A stretch of 59,949 nt of DNA, filler included. It is 10 parts of 10 records of this genome, joined end to end, with 100 filler letters (N's around TTAATTAATTAA, not from the genome) between each part and the next. Parts side by side here need not be neighbours in the genome. Positions count along the whole stretch, not along the records: positions 1 to 6,711 come from SRR31147125_169213; positions 6,812 to 13,982 come from SRR31147125_170202; 8 more parts are not named here. One strand, 5' to 3'. Every line of letters starts with the position of its first letter. Positions within the stretch are counted from its first letter, which is position 1. The translations under genes were made by a program, and so were the position numbers. The notes under the pieces are model-generated. The model worked only from the letters and a program-made list of their open reading frames with translations. It did not search any database and was not told the origin of the DNA. Positions 1 to 10,804 of this stretch are shown here, piece by piece.

Positions 1-1028
1 CAGGCACCGGAGCAGCTGTTAAAAATAAAGCAGATATGACTTTGCGCAATGTTATTATTGATTCTTATGGAGAAAGCAGATTTTGTACAGTTGCTGAACA
101 GTACAGTACACTCCGAGTTTATGATTCAATTATTACGTCTCATGGCGTACCATATGGTGAAGGTATTGATAGTCCGAATGGATTGATGGCAACTCCGCCT
201 CCATCACTTGAGATTGGCGGAAACAGCAGAGTTCACTGTACAATGAGTAATTCATACAGCTATTTTAACAACAGCAAGATTATATGTGACGGATGGGGAG
301 CATTATCTACAGAAGTTGCTGAAGGATTTGTTTATCTTGAGGCAAACGACTGCGACATAATAGTAACAAAAAAAGGCTATGGTGCATACGCTGATCCGCA
401 ATGTCATGATTTTTTTAATCGCTGCTATTTTGATATAGATGGTATGGCAGCAATTGTTGCTGGTGAAGGCGATATGACTTTTACAGACTGTGATTCTAGA
501 TGTAAAACATATTTTGCTTTGATGCACTGTGTTTTGGGTTATCCTGAAGAGGTTGGAACACTAATTGTAAATGGCGGAACTATTACATGCGGCAAGGAAT
601 TAGCTTTGATTAAGAGTCATAATGCTAATATCCACTTAAATAACGTTAAAGTTAAGTGTTCTGGCGATACACTATTTAAAACAATCTGGAATGATGATCC
701 ATGTACAACTAAACCAAATAAACCATATGGAGTAAGAATTACATTGACTGATATGAGTTTAAGCGGTGACCTGATTCATGAGGACCCTGATAGAGATCTT
801 TGGCTGACTTTAGAGTCAACTACATTAACCGGGGCAATTAAAAACGGTATTTTGGAAATGGACGAAGGAAGCAAATGGACTGCTACTGCTGATTCATCTG
901 TGACATTTGGCACAAATGTTAATGTTGCACAAGTAGATGCACCAAAAGGAATTACAATTCAAGCAAAAGGTGACAAAGCAGCTGAATATGATTTAGCCAG
1001 CGGCGGTCGTCTGATTGTAACAGTATAG
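1..1028 (+). CDS. Cys-rich, probable right-handed beta-helix protein of unknown function (probably 5'-partial)
   Basis: 330-aa ORF from 36, probably continuing beyond the window edge. Short beta-strand/Asn/Gly repeats. C-terminus (TTLTGAIKNGILEMDEGSKWTATADSSVT) resembles pectin-lyase/pertactin-like folds. Confidence 0.5.
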   Translation, partial: GTGAAVKNKADMTLRNVIIDSYGESRFCTVAEQYSTLRVYDSIITSHGVPYGEGIDSPNGLMATPPPSLEIGGNSRVHCTMSNSYSYFNNSKIICDGWGALSTEVAEGFVYLEANDCDIIVTKKGYGAYADPQCHDFFNRCYFDIDGMAAIVAGEGDMTFTDCDSRCKTYFALMHCVLGYPEEVGTLIVNGGTITCGKELALIKSHNANIHLNNVKVKCSGDTLFKTIWNDDPCTTKPNKPYGVRITLTDMSLSGDLIHEDPDRDLWLTLESTTLTGAIKNGILEMDEGSKWTATADSSVTFGTNVNVAQVDAPKGITIQAKGDKAAEYDLASGGRLIVTV

Positions 1029-1051
1029 AATAAGATGGATTAGGAGGGAAA

Positions 1052-2098
1052 GTGATGAGAACACGTTATGCAGTGGCTGAGCCCGGCAAAGTTGTTTTGA
1101 AAGAGAAGGAAATTGGTAAGCCCGGTGCAGGTGAATTACTGATTAAGGCTGAATACAGCACATTAAGCCCCGGAACTGAGCACGCATTGATGAACGGTCA
1201 TATTGTACCGTTACCACAAAATATTGGATATAGTATGGCAGCACGTGTTGTAGCTGTCGGTGAAGGCGTTACAGGGATTAAGGAAGGTGACCCGGTGGTT
1301 ACAACCGGCGAACATGCGGAGTATCTTTTGATGGACGCAAACAATGTTTCACCTGCGCCTCACGGAATAGATATGGAACAAGCAGCGTTTTTCAATCTAG
1401 GTCATACTGGAATGTATGCTCTGCGCAGATCCGAACTTCAGCTAGGTGAACCTGCCGTAGTTATCGGACAAGGGTTTGTAGGCGCTATGACGGCTCAAGT
1501 TGCAAAAGCGGCAGGAGCACTGCCTATTATTGTTGCCGATCTTGATGACAGTCGCTTGGAAAGAGCAAAAAAGATGGGCGTGCATTATGCCATTAACACC
1601 AAAAAAGAACCTGATAAACTAAAAGAAGTAGTTGAAAGTCTAGGGCGCGGCGGAGTTCCTGTAGTATTTGAAGCTACCGGAGTTCGTAAGCCGTTGGAGA
1701 TTGCATTTGATCTGGTTTCCGAGCGCGGTCGAGTAATTATGATTTCACAGGCACATGGGGATGATGCTTTGAATTATGAGCATACACTGATGATGAAAGG
1801 TGTAAGCCTAATTGGCACTTATGTAAATTCTAAGCCCTTTGCCCTGAAAAGAACTGATTTGATGATTGACGGAACATGGCCTCCAAAGATGCAAAAGCAG
1901 CTTGCACGTTATGCAAATAAGGACTGCTGGACTAGTGATGAGGATATCCGTGTGTTCTTAAACATGATTTTCTATGGTTTAATCAACATAAAACCGTTGA
2001 TTACCCATAGATTTACAGTTGATGAAATTCCTGAGGCTTATCAATTGGTTCAAAATCAGGATGCGTCCCTATTGGGAGGCGTAATCCGGTGGAAATAA
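1052..2098 (+). CDS. Medium-chain dehydrogenase/reductase (MDR), Zn-ligand-deficient SPGTE-type
   Basis: GroES-like N-terminus with STLSPGTE and NIGYS, Rossmann GQGFVG, VVFEATG, C-terminal KPLITHRF..EIPEAY. RBS GGAGG upstream. Confidence 0.85.
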   Translation: MMRTRYAVAEPGKVVLKEKEIGKPGAGELLIKAEYSTLSPGTEHALMNGHIVPLPQNIGYSMAARVVAVGEGVTGIKEGDPVVTTGEHAEYLLMDANNVSPAPHGIDMEQAAFFNLGHTGMYALRRSELQLGEPAVVIGQGFVGAMTAQVAKAAGALPIIVADLDDSRLERAKKMGVHYAINTKKEPDKLKEVVESLGRGGVPVVFEATGVRKPLEIAFDLVSERGRVIMISQAHGDDALNYEHTLMMKGVSLIGTYVNSKPFALKRTDLMIDGTWPPKMQKQLARYANKDCWTSDEDIRVFLNMIFYGLINIKPLITHRFTVDEIPEAYQLVQNQDASLLGGVIRWK

Positions 2099-2398
2099 GA
2101 AATTATTTAACTATCTATGCTTCAATCGTACATGTCTATGCCTAAACGGCTTTTTACTTAGTTGGAAGCGTTTGATATAATCAAGACATAGTTGTCACAA
2201 AATAAGGAAAATATTTATGGTTTACTATAGTTTTAGTTTACTGATATAATAATAGTAGATAGTTATTTTATAATAGCTGGCTGTAGTAAGGTTTTATTTT
2301 CTCTGTTCGTGATAAGGTGTTTTAAGATTTTGAAATTTAAGACAAAAGTTTAGAGATTGTAATAAAAATCTCTAATAAAAATAGGAAGGAGAAAATTA

Positions 2399-3550
2399 AT
2401 GAAAAGACTATTAGTTTTAATGATGATTTTAACTATGCTGCTCATGGCTTTTGCAGGCTGTACTCAAGATGCAGATGATCCTGTTGAGGAACAACAAGAA
2501 GAAGCTGTTGAACCAGTAGAAGAAACTGCAGAAGAAACTGCAGAAGCAGTGGAGGAACCAACGGAAGACGCTGAGTTCACTTGGAACGGACAAACAGAAG
2601 TTTGGGCTATAGTTCCAACCATCAATGCTGAAGGTCTTATGATCATCTCTGATGGAATGGGTGAAAATCTGGAAGCTGAAGGCTGGACCTATGTAAAGAA
2701 AGACGCGGAAGGTGACCCAACTAATCAAGTAAACTTTGTTGAAGATGCTATTGCTGCCGGCAATGTCGGTGCATTAATGATTGCAGCAATGTCAGTTGAG
2801 ATGCTTGAAGACATAGTTATCGAAGCAAACGAAGCAGGCATTATTGTTGTATATCTTGGCGCAGAACCTGCAACTTACAAGATTGCTTCTGAGGTTTACA
2901 CTGCATATGAAATTACTGGATACTATGCAGTTCTAGCAGCTGAAGCATGGGCAGAACTAAACAGCCCTGCAGCTGATGATGAGGGTATTCCTGTAGCTAT
3001 CGACGTTTATTATGACATTCAAGACGGACAATACCGTTCTAATGCATTTGTTGACAGAACGACTGAAAGTGATACACTTTATGTATACAACACATCGACA
3101 TCATATGGTGACGATGCACAATCTAAAGGATATGCATGGGCAGAAAACCAAATGACTGCAAATGCAGATTTAAGAATCTTCCTGTGTTACGAACCAGACT
3201 GCGCATACGGTGTATGCAGCTATCTAGACCAATATGCTGAAGATACTGGCGCTGATTTAGCAGATTTCTGTGTACTATGCTGCTATGAAGATTCAGACAC
3301 ACCAACTTATCTAGAAAATGCAATTGATGATCCATCATCAACAGCATTTAAAGGCTATATTACTTATGGTACAGCCGAAGGTCCTGTTGCAGTTGCAGCA
3401 AAACTTACAGAAGAGATTACAGGTGTTGCAGACGGAAGCTGGGAATGGGGCACATATTACTATGAAGACATTACTTCATTGACTAGCTTTGGATTTGAAG
3501 CAACATGGTCAATGGGTGAGGAAAACCCTGCTTCTGCGTATAAGTATTAA
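2399..3550 (+). CDS. Sugar-type ABC transporter substrate-binding lipoprotein
   Basis: Signal peptide with lipobox FAGC, acidic linker, PBP type-1 pattern (DAEGDPTNQVNFVEDAIAAG..ALMIAA). Lies directly upstream of the ATPase and permease. Confidence 0.85.
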   Translation: MKRLLVLMMILTMLLMAFAGCTQDADDPVEEQQEEAVEPVEETAEETAEAVEEPTEDAEFTWNGQTEVWAIVPTINAEGLMIISDGMGENLEAEGWTYVKKDAEGDPTNQVNFVEDAIAAGNVGALMIAAMSVEMLEDIVIEANEAGIIVVYLGAEPATYKIASEVYTAYEITGYYAVLAAEAWAELNSPAADDEGIPVAIDVYYDIQDGQYRSNAFVDRTTESDTLYVYNTSTSYGDDAQSKGYAWAENQMTANADLRIFLCYEPDCAYGVCSYLDQYAEDTGADLADFCVLCCYEDSDTPTYLENAIDDPSSTAFKGYITYGTAEGPVAVAAKLTEEITGVADGSWEWGTYYYEDITSLTSFGFEATWSMGEENPASAYKY

Positions 3551-3591
3551 TACTGACGTAGAAATAAGAATTTATTTGTCATGAACCAATG

Positions 3592-3624
3592 TTTGGGGAG
3601 GTTGATTAATATCGCCTCCCTAAA
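3592..3624 (+). terminator. Intergenic stem-loop after the substrate-binding protein gene
   Basis: Imperfect inverted repeat TTTGGGGAGG..CCTCCCTAAA. No U-tract, so possibly mRNA-stabilising rather than terminating. Confidence 0.5.
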
Positions 3625-3653
3625 TAACAAAGAAGGAGAATAGGTGATTCACA

Positions 3654-5159
3654 TTGAGTAACACCCCAATATTAAAACTTGAAAATATTACAAAGGTATA
3701 TCCGGGTGTAGTTGCATTGGATGACGTTTCGGTCGCCTTTCATAAAGGAGAGGTTCACGCTATTGTTGGCGAAAACGGTGCAGGTAAATCTACACTAATT
3801 AAAATAATTGCAGGTGCGATTATGCCGGAAAAAGGATGTATCTGCTATAAAGATGAAACATGCTGCGGTATGAAGCCATCTGAAGCAAGGCAGCGGGGCA
3901 TTGAATGTATTTATCAGGAGTTTAACCTGATAGATTCGCTTTCTGCAGCTGAGAATATCTGTTACGGCAATAAATATGGCAAATTAGTAGACTACAATGC
4001 CATGAACGCAGTTGCGCAAGAGATTTTTGATGAGTTCGGAATAAAAATCAACCCTAGAACAATTGTTTCTAATTTGACAAGTGCTCAGAAGCAGATTGTT
4101 GAGATAGCCAAGGCTGTGACCAAAAAAGCGGAAATAATCATCATGGATGAGCCTACAGCGTCGCTGACTGTATCAGAAATCAAAATTCTAATGAAAATAA
4201 TAGCCCAGCTAAAAAAGCAGGGCGTTACAATTTTGTATATATCTCACAGGTTGGAAGAAATATTTCAGATTTCCGATAGAGTTTCAGTTTTTCGTGATGG
4301 TAAGCACATTAAAACTATGGAAACCAAAGATACTAATCGTAAAGAGCTGATTCAATTAATGGTGGGACGGGAGCTTTCAGAAACCTATCCGAAGCGTAAA
4401 AGCAAGCCGGGTGCAGTTGCACTGGAGCTAAAAAACCTGACCGGTAACGGTGTTAAAAACATTTCGCTTAAAGCGAGATATGGTGAAATTCTTGGAATGG
4501 CTGGTTTAGTTGGCGCAGGACGAAGTGAAATCATGAAGGTTGTCTACAGTGTTGAAAAGAAACAGTGGGGCAAAATTTTAGTTGACGGTGAGGAAGTTGA
4601 AATAAAAAATCCACGTGATGCTATGAAGATGGGAATAGGGCTTATTCCAGAAGACAGAAAATTGGAAGGATGTTTCCTGATGGAGAGTATCCGCTGGAAC
4701 ATTGTTTATAACATTGTGCGAAAGATATCGAAATTTTTAGTAGTTAACACAAAAAAAGAAAAAGAGATTGCTGAAAGTTATTCCGAAAGGCTGCGTATCC
4801 GTACTCCTCATTTAAATCAAAAGGTCTATAACCTATCAGGCGGTAATCAGCAGAAGGTAGTCGTTGCCAAAGCTTTGGCAACGGACTTGGATATAATTAT
4901 TTTTGATGAACCGACAAGAGGCATTGATGTTGGTGCAAAACATGAGATATATGAACTTATGAACGAATTATGCGCTGAGGACAAGTGCATCATTATGATA
5001 ACTTCGGATATGGAGGAGCTGGTTGGCATGTCCGATAGAATTGTAGTTCTTGCGGAAAAGACCATTTCCGGTGAACTTACTCGTGAAGAAATCACTCAAG
5101 AAAAAATACTGGAGCTGGCATCAGTTAGCGCAAATCCGGTTAAAGGTATGGAGGCTTAG
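3654..5159 (+). CDS. Sugar ABC transporter ATP-binding protein (RbsA/MglA family, duplicated ABC domain)
   Basis: Walker A GENGAGKS, MDEPT, YISHRLEE, LSGGNQQK, DEPTRGIDVGAK. Confidence 0.95.
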   Translation: MSNTPILKLENITKVYPGVVALDDVSVAFHKGEVHAIVGENGAGKSTLIKIIAGAIMPEKGCICYKDETCCGMKPSEARQRGIECIYQEFNLIDSLSAAENICYGNKYGKLVDYNAMNAVAQEIFDEFGIKINPRTIVSNLTSAQKQIVEIAKAVTKKAEIIIMDEPTASLTVSEIKILMKIIAQLKKQGVTILYISHRLEEIFQISDRVSVFRDGKHIKTMETKDTNRKELIQLMVGRELSETYPKRKSKPGAVALELKNLTGNGVKNISLKARYGEILGMAGLVGAGRSEIMKVVYSVEKKQWGKILVDGEEVEIKNPRDAMKMGIGLIPEDRKLEGCFLMESIRWNIVYNIVRKISKFLVVNTKKEKEIAESYSERLRIRTPHLNQKVYNLSGGNQQKVVVAKALATDLDIIIFDEPTRGIDVGAKHEIYELMNELCAEDKCIIMITSDMEELVGMSDRIVVLAEKTISGELTREEITQEKILELASVSANPVKGMEA

Positions 5160-5162
5160 GAG

Positions 5163-6170
5163 ATGAAAACGTCTTTTTTTAACAAGTTATTTAGAGAATA
5201 TTTAATGTATGTAGTACTTGTAGTGCTCGTAGCTGTGTTTGCGATATTCGAGTATGAAAAGTTTTTTTCATTGCAGAATATTATTAATATTGTCAATCAG
5301 AATGTTTACTACTTGATAATGGGTGTCGGTGTTACAATGATTATGCTATCAGGTGCATTGGATTTGTCCATTGGATATCAGGTATCAACTCTTGCAGTTG
5401 TTATGGGTGTCATGGCTAAAAATGGGATGTCTACGCCTATGATTATGCTTGCAGGCATTGTACTTGGTGTTTTACTGTCTACAATTAATGGTCTGATTTA
5501 TGCACGATTAAAAGTGTTTCCATTTATTATTACGCTAGCAACTCAGTATGTGTTAAATGGAGCAACATATTTGATTTCTAATTCGAAAACATTCAGAGAT
5601 TTTGATGATGCGTTTAATTTCATAGGCAAATACAAATTTACTATATTTGGCGATGTTAAATTTCCATTAGGAATATTAGTTGCTGTAGTGGTAATTTTAA
5701 TAGGTGCATTTATACTGAATAAAACATATTTCGGCAGGAACATATATGCACTCGGTTCAAATGCAGAAGCTGTTAAATTATCGGGTGTGAGTGTAGGCGG
5801 CATGCGTGTTCTGGTATTTACCGTTGCGGGTTTCTTCTTTGCCCTTGCAACAATACTAACAATCGGCAGAACAGGTGCTTCCAGCTCTGGTACAGGTGTT
5901 GGAGCTGAATTCACTGTAATGGCCGGCGCTATGCTTGGCGGCATCAAAATGGGCGGCGGCGGCGGAAAAGTCAACAACATGGTTGTTGGAATACTGATAA
6001 TTGCTTTGTTAAACAACGGAATGAGTATGATGAGCTTAAGTCAGTATTATCAATATATCGCCATGGGTGTTGTGCTTTTATTTGCTATTACATTGGATAC
6101 TCTGCAAAGCGAAGCAATACAAAGACGTGCAAGTTTAGTTATAGGTTCAGAACCGAAGGAAGAAAAATAA
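5163..6170 (+). CDS. Sugar ABC transporter permease (RbsC family)
   Basis: Multiple TM segments, GALDLSIG, PFIITLA, TYFGRNIYALGSN.EA..LSG. Confidence 0.93.
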   Translation: MKTSFFNKLFREYLMYVVLVVLVAVFAIFEYEKFFSLQNIINIVNQNVYYLIMGVGVTMIMLSGALDLSIGYQVSTLAVVMGVMAKNGMSTPMIMLAGIVLGVLLSTINGLIYARLKVFPFIITLATQYVLNGATYLISNSKTFRDFDDAFNFIGKYKFTIFGDVKFPLGILVAVVVILIGAFILNKTYFGRNIYALGSNAEAVKLSGVSVGGMRVLVFTVAGFFFALATILTIGRTGASSSGTGVGAEFTVMAGAMLGGIKMGGGGGKVNNMVVGILIIALLNNGMSMMSLSQYYQYIAMGVVLLFAITLDTLQSEAIQRRASLVIGSEPKEEK

Positions 6171-6192
6171 TAACTGTGTCATGTGGTGTAAA

Positions 6193-6234
6193 AAACGGCG
6201 ATAGCGATTGTGCTATCGTCGTTTCCTCCTTTTA
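6193..6234 (+). terminator. Probable rho-independent terminator of the ABC operon
   Basis: Hairpin AAACGGCGATAGC-GATTGT-GCTATCGTCGTTT followed by a pyrimidine tract. Confidence 0.65.
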
Positions 6235-6291
6235 CGGATTATTGTTTGATAAAATAGCATGGAGCTGAAATTGAAAGCTGGGTAGACAACA

Positions 6292-6711
6292 ATGAGTGAT
6301 GTGAAAATTTTTATTGATGGAAAAGAGATTAATGCTAAGAAAAATCAGACGATATTGAATGCTGCACTGAATGCTGGTATATACATTCCTCATTTATGTG
6401 CCCATCCAGACCTGCCGCCTGCAGGTCATTGCAGAATGTGCATTGTGGAGATAGATGGAGTAGAAGGGATTGTATCTTCCTGTGAAACTGTGTGTAAGGA
6501 AGGAATGCATATTAATACCCAGTCAAACAAAATTAACAAGCTGAGAAATGTGGCTCTTGAATTAATGCTTGCAGGACATCCGCATGATTGTACATCCTGC
6601 AAGGTATATTTGAAATGCGAATTGCAGGCGCTAATGCAATATCAGGGCGTAGTTCATGCTCGTATGCGTACAATAGAAAAAGAGACGGCGGCTATTGTAA
6701 GCAAAGACCCG
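6292..6711 (+). CDS. NuoG/HydA/FdhA-type Fe-S subunit, N-terminal part (3'-partial)
   Basis: 2Fe-2S ligands IPHLC..GHCRMC..SSC and the His/Cys 4Fe-4S motif HPHDCTSC.....C. Truncated by the spacer. Confidence 0.85.
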
Positions 6712-6811
6712 NNNNNNNNNNNNNNNNNNNNNNNNNNNNNNNNNNNNNNNNNNNNTTAATTAATTAANNNNNNNNNNNNNNNNNNNNNNNNNNNNNNNNN
6801 NNNNNNNNNNN
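6712..6811. other. Artificial contig spacer
   Basis: 44 N + TTAATTAATTAA (stop codon in all six frames) + 44 N. Confidence 0.99.
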
Positions 6812-7247
6812 AAAGTTTCTTTTTCTCCCGGAAGCCCACAACGACTTCATCGGAGCCATCATCGCAGAGGAGCTCGGCGTTGTAGGAATCTGGGCGACGT
6901 TGATCCTGTTCACCATTGTGGTCGGACGGGGTGTTCTCATAAGTCTTCGTGCCAAAGATGAATTCGGTTCATATGTCGCCATGGGTTTGAGCACCCTCAT
7001 CGGCTTGCAGGTGCTCGCCAATCTGGGCGTGGCAATGGGGCTATTGCCCACCAAGGGCTTGAACTTGCCGTTTGTTAGCTTCGGAGGATCCGCCCTGGTG
7101 ATCTCTTTGGCGGCGGCGGGGGTTTTGCTCAGTGTCTCCCGCGGAACGAAAAACCTCGAGGAGACTGTTGCGGAGTCCGGGCGAGTGTCGTCCAGCGGCA
7201 ATGTGCGCAGGCCGACTGGAACAGGGAAGGAAGGAGCGAACTCATGA
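6812..7247 (+). CDS. ftsW: Cell division protein FtsW (5'-partial)
   Basis: FLPEAHNDFI at the contig edge and GLLPTKGLNLPFVSFGGS. Directly upstream of murG. Confidence 0.92.
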
Positions 7248-8346
7248 CAGATACGGAGGGAGGACCTTTCAAGGTAGTGTTCGCTGGAGGCGGGACGGGA
7301 GGGCATGTGATTCCAGCCATCGCCATGGCGGACGAGCTCGTGGGTCGTGGCGGGCAGGCGTGCTTCGTTGGAACCGCTGACCGAATCGAGGCGAAGCTGG
7401 TTCCCCAAGCAGGTTACGATATTCGCTTCATCAAGGCCCGGCCCCTGGCTGGGGGCGGCATGGGAAGGAAAATTGCAGGTTTGGGGGCGGCGCCCATTTC
7501 CGTGATCCGATCAATGGGTTTGCTGGGAGAGCTGAAGCCCCACGCGGTGATCGGGGTGGGAGGCTACGTCTCAGGTCCGGTGGTGCTCGGTGCGAAACTT
7601 CGAGGAATTCCGACTGCATTGCTCGAGCAGAACGCCACCGTTGGACTATCCAACAAGCTGCTTGCAAGGGTGGTACGGCGGGCCTTCGTAACATACGAAG
7701 ATACCATGAAAGCTTTTCCCTACGGACGCGCGGTTCATAGCGGTAACCCCGTGAAACGATCGATTCTAGAGGCGTCCAGGGTCTTGGGGAAAACCGCCGA
7801 GAGGGAATGAGAATAGTAGTGATGGGCGGCAGTCAGGGGGCACAGGCCATCGACGAACGGGTTCCCGCTGCGATGGCCGAGGCCAAGGTCGGTGGAAGAG
7901 TTTCGGTCCTCCACCAGTGTGGAAAGGGGCGCGCCCAAGAGGTCGAAAAAATATACGCCCAGGCGGGCATTGATGTTCAACTCACGGAGTTCATAGACGA
8001 CACTGCCGGGGCGTTTGCGAGTTGTGATCTCGTTGTGGCCAGGTCGGGAGCCACCACGGTCAGCGAGGTTACCGTCATGGGCTTGCCCGCGGTTTTTATT
8101 CCGTATCCTCATCATGCGGACAGGCAGCAGGAAAAGAATGCCGCTCCCATGGTTGAGGCAGGTGCAGCTGTGGTGCTCGATCAGAACGCTACAGACATCT
8201 CGGATCTTGCGGAGGCAATTGGGCGTTTCGTTGAAGACGAGCGGTATCGTAAAGAGGCGGCAAAGGCTTCCAAGGCCTTGGGAAGACCGGATGCAGCGGC
8301 GATGGTCATAGACGGTTTGATGGAGATAGCTGGGGCGGACCGTTGA
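7244..8346 (+). CDS. murG: MurG glycosyltransferase (one apparent frameshift near 7800)
   Basis: GGGTGGHVIP, GGYVS, EQN and GNPV in ORF 7244-7810. GGSQGA, RSGATTVSE and QEKNA in ORF 7807-8346. Joined by restoring one base in a G run. Confidence 0.93.
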
Positions 8347-9315
8347 AGATTTTCAGGAAGAGCGGCAAGGCAAAGGAAAAGGCGAAAGCCCCCGTGTCCC
8401 AAAACCGCAAGCGCAATTCCTCGAACCAGCCCAACCGACGGCGCAGCGATGGAACCGGCAACAACTCCAACGAACGACGGGACGAAGGAAAAGGCCCAAG
8501 CGCAGCATCCGCTCCCTCGCCAAACCGGCCTTGGCAGTGGCCAAGTTTCTCCTGGCTTTGGTTGCCATGGGCTTGACCGTGTGGGGTGGAGTTGCTGCGT
8601 ATCGCCACGCAACCACTGCAGACTATTTTGCAGTTCAGACCATCGAAGTGGAGGGGAACAAACGTTTGTCCGAAGCGGAGATCCTTGAGACCGGTGAGCT
8701 GAGTAAAGGAATCAATGTCTTCTCATTGGATGTGGAAGCCATAGCCGCTCGTCTCGAGAGGCATCCGTGGATCGCCGAGGCCTCTGCCGTTCGCAGGATT
8801 CCCGACAGACTATTCGTGGAGGTGAGTGAGCGCAGGGCGGAAATGCTGGTAGTATTCGATGTTCCTTACATAGTGGACGACGGGGAGATCTTCAAACGTT
8901 GGGTGCCCGGTGATCCTACGGGCTTGCCTATCCTCTCAGGTCTGGGAAGAGAACAGCTCCTCCAGGATCCAGAGGGGTTGGAGAAACCGTGAGGAGTGCA
9001 ATCGCTCTAGCCCGCAGGTATCGTGCCTCAGGGCTTCACCGGACAGCGCCTCTGGCAGAAATTCACAGCGAGGTGGCGGGGGGATTTTCGATGACTGTTG
9101 GAGAGGATCCTTTCTACGTCAAATTCGGCAAGGGGCCCTACCGGACCAAGCTCAAACGCCTGGCAAAATTGCTTTCAAAAATGCGGCGTGACGGCGAAGA
9201 GCCGGCAATGGTTTTCTTTGACAATGAGGTGCGTCCGGATCGCGTCACGGTCAAGGTCAAGGGCCGGGAGGAAGGCCTCTCGTCCCGGTCGATGAAGGTT
9301 TCGGCGGTAAACTGA
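8343..9315 (+). CDS. ftsQ: Cell division protein FtsQ (two apparent frameshifts, near 8490 and 8985)
   Basis: Basic cytoplasmic N-terminus, single TM, POTRA domain (VQTIEVEGNKRLS..LERHPWIAEASAVRRIPDRLFVEVSER). Precedes ftsA. Confidence 0.88.
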
Positions 9316-9480
9316 TTGGCGAACTGATTGTTGTTTTTTTCCCTAATCAGCTGCTTCCCCGTTTGAAACTATTTTCAATGCCAAAAATTTGATCACCGCA
9401 ATACCCCGTGCGAGTGTGAATGATGAGCTGAATGTAGAACCGTTGTTGTTCGGCGAAAAAGCACAAAGGCAGGTAGCAAA

Positions 9481-10713
9481 ATGTCAACGCAAGGTGAGAT
9501 CGTCGTCGGGCTCGACATAGGAACGACCAAGGTTGCGGCGGTTGTCGGAGAGACGACCGAAGACGGCGTCGATATCATCGGGATCGGCTCTCACCCCTCG
9601 TCGGGACTCCACAAAGGGGTCGTGGTCAATATCGATGCCACCTGCACCTCCATTACCAAGGCCATTGAAGAGGCTGAGCAGATGGCGGGGTGTGATATCA
9701 ACACCGTGTACGCGGGAATCGCCGGCGGCCATATTTCTTCCTTCAACAACAACGGTATCGTTGCGGTAAAGGATAGGGAAATAGGCGACGAAGATGTGAA
9801 GCGCGTCATCGAGCAGGCCAAAGCAGTGGCCATCCCCATGGATCGTGAAGTGATCCACGCCATCCCCCAGGGTTATGTTGTCGACGACCAGGAGGGTATT
9901 CGCAGCCCGGTGGGCATGAGCGGCGTGAGACTCGAAGCTCGGGTACACATCATCACCGGAGCCGTGACGTCGGCCCAGAATATCGTCAAGTGCGCTCAGC
10001 GCTGCGGCTTGAACGTGGCGGATATCGTCCTTGAGCAAATCGCTTCTGCCGATGCGGTGCTTCACGACGACGAGAAGGAACTCGGCGTGGCCATGGTCGA
10101 TATCGGCGGTGGCACTACCGACCTGATCATTTATGTAGACGGGGCGGTGGCGCATACCTCGGTGATTTCCGTGGGCGGCAACCACCTGACCAACGACGTG
10201 GCGCTCGGGCTTCGTACCCCTCGAGCAGAAGCCGAGCGGATCAAGCAGCGTCACGGTTGCGCCTTGCTCAGGCTGATAGATCCGGACGAGACCATCGAGG
10301 TCCCCGGAGTGGGAGGTCGTCCACCCAAGGAGCAGCCCCGTCAGGTGCTCGCTCACATCATCGAACCCCGGGTGGAGGAGATTTTCACCCTGGTTCACAG
10401 GGCTATCATGGAGACAGGGTACGCGGATCTTCTTGCATCCGGGCTTGTGATCACCGGCGGGGCAACCCTTCTTGAGGGTATGCCCGAGGCGGCGGAAGAG
10501 GTTACGGGGATGCCGGTAAGAAGAGGGGTGCCTTTCGGCTTCGGCGGGATGGAAGACATGGTAGCAAACCCCATCTTCGCGACGGGGGCGGGTTTGGTAA
10601 ATTACGGTAGAAACATGCCGGACGATCAGGCGAGCATTATCCGGGTCCGTGAGGATCGGGTTTACTCCAAAGTGTTCGGACGGATGACAGAGTGGTTCAA
10701 AGAGATTTTCTAG
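9481..10713 (+). CDS. ftsA: Cell division protein FtsA
   Basis: GLDIGTTKV, GMSGVRLEA, DIGGGTTD, ITGGATLL, C-terminal amphipathic helix MTEWFKEIF. Confidence 0.98.
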   Translation: MSTQGEIVVGLDIGTTKVAAVVGETTEDGVDIIGIGSHPSSGLHKGVVVNIDATCTSITKAIEEAEQMAGCDINTVYAGIAGGHISSFNNNGIVAVKDREIGDEDVKRVIEQAKAVAIPMDREVIHAIPQGYVVDDQEGIRSPVGMSGVRLEARVHIITGAVTSAQNIVKCAQRCGLNVADIVLEQIASADAVLHDDEKELGVAMVDIGGGTTDLIIYVDGAVAHTSVISVGGNHLTNDVALGLRTPRAEAERIKQRHGCALLRLIDPDETIEVPGVGGRPPKEQPRQVLAHIIEPRVEEIFTLVHRAIMETGYADLLASGLVITGGATLLEGMPEAAEEVTGMPVRRGVPFGFGGMEDMVANPIFATGAGLVNYGRNMPDDQASIIRVREDRVYSKVFGRMTEWFKEIF

Positions 10714-10804
10714 CGTCTATTCGCGAGGCGCGTCACCCGAGTTCGGGCGGCGGCGAAAGGCGCAAGAGCATTAGGGCAGCAAAGAGGAAAACCGGGAGGA
10801 CTCC

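Noticed and set aside
7244-9315. murG and ftsQ as pseudogenes or programmed frameshifts
   Set aside because: They are essential genes with otherwise intact motifs, and the same homopolymer defect occurs across unrelated contigs.
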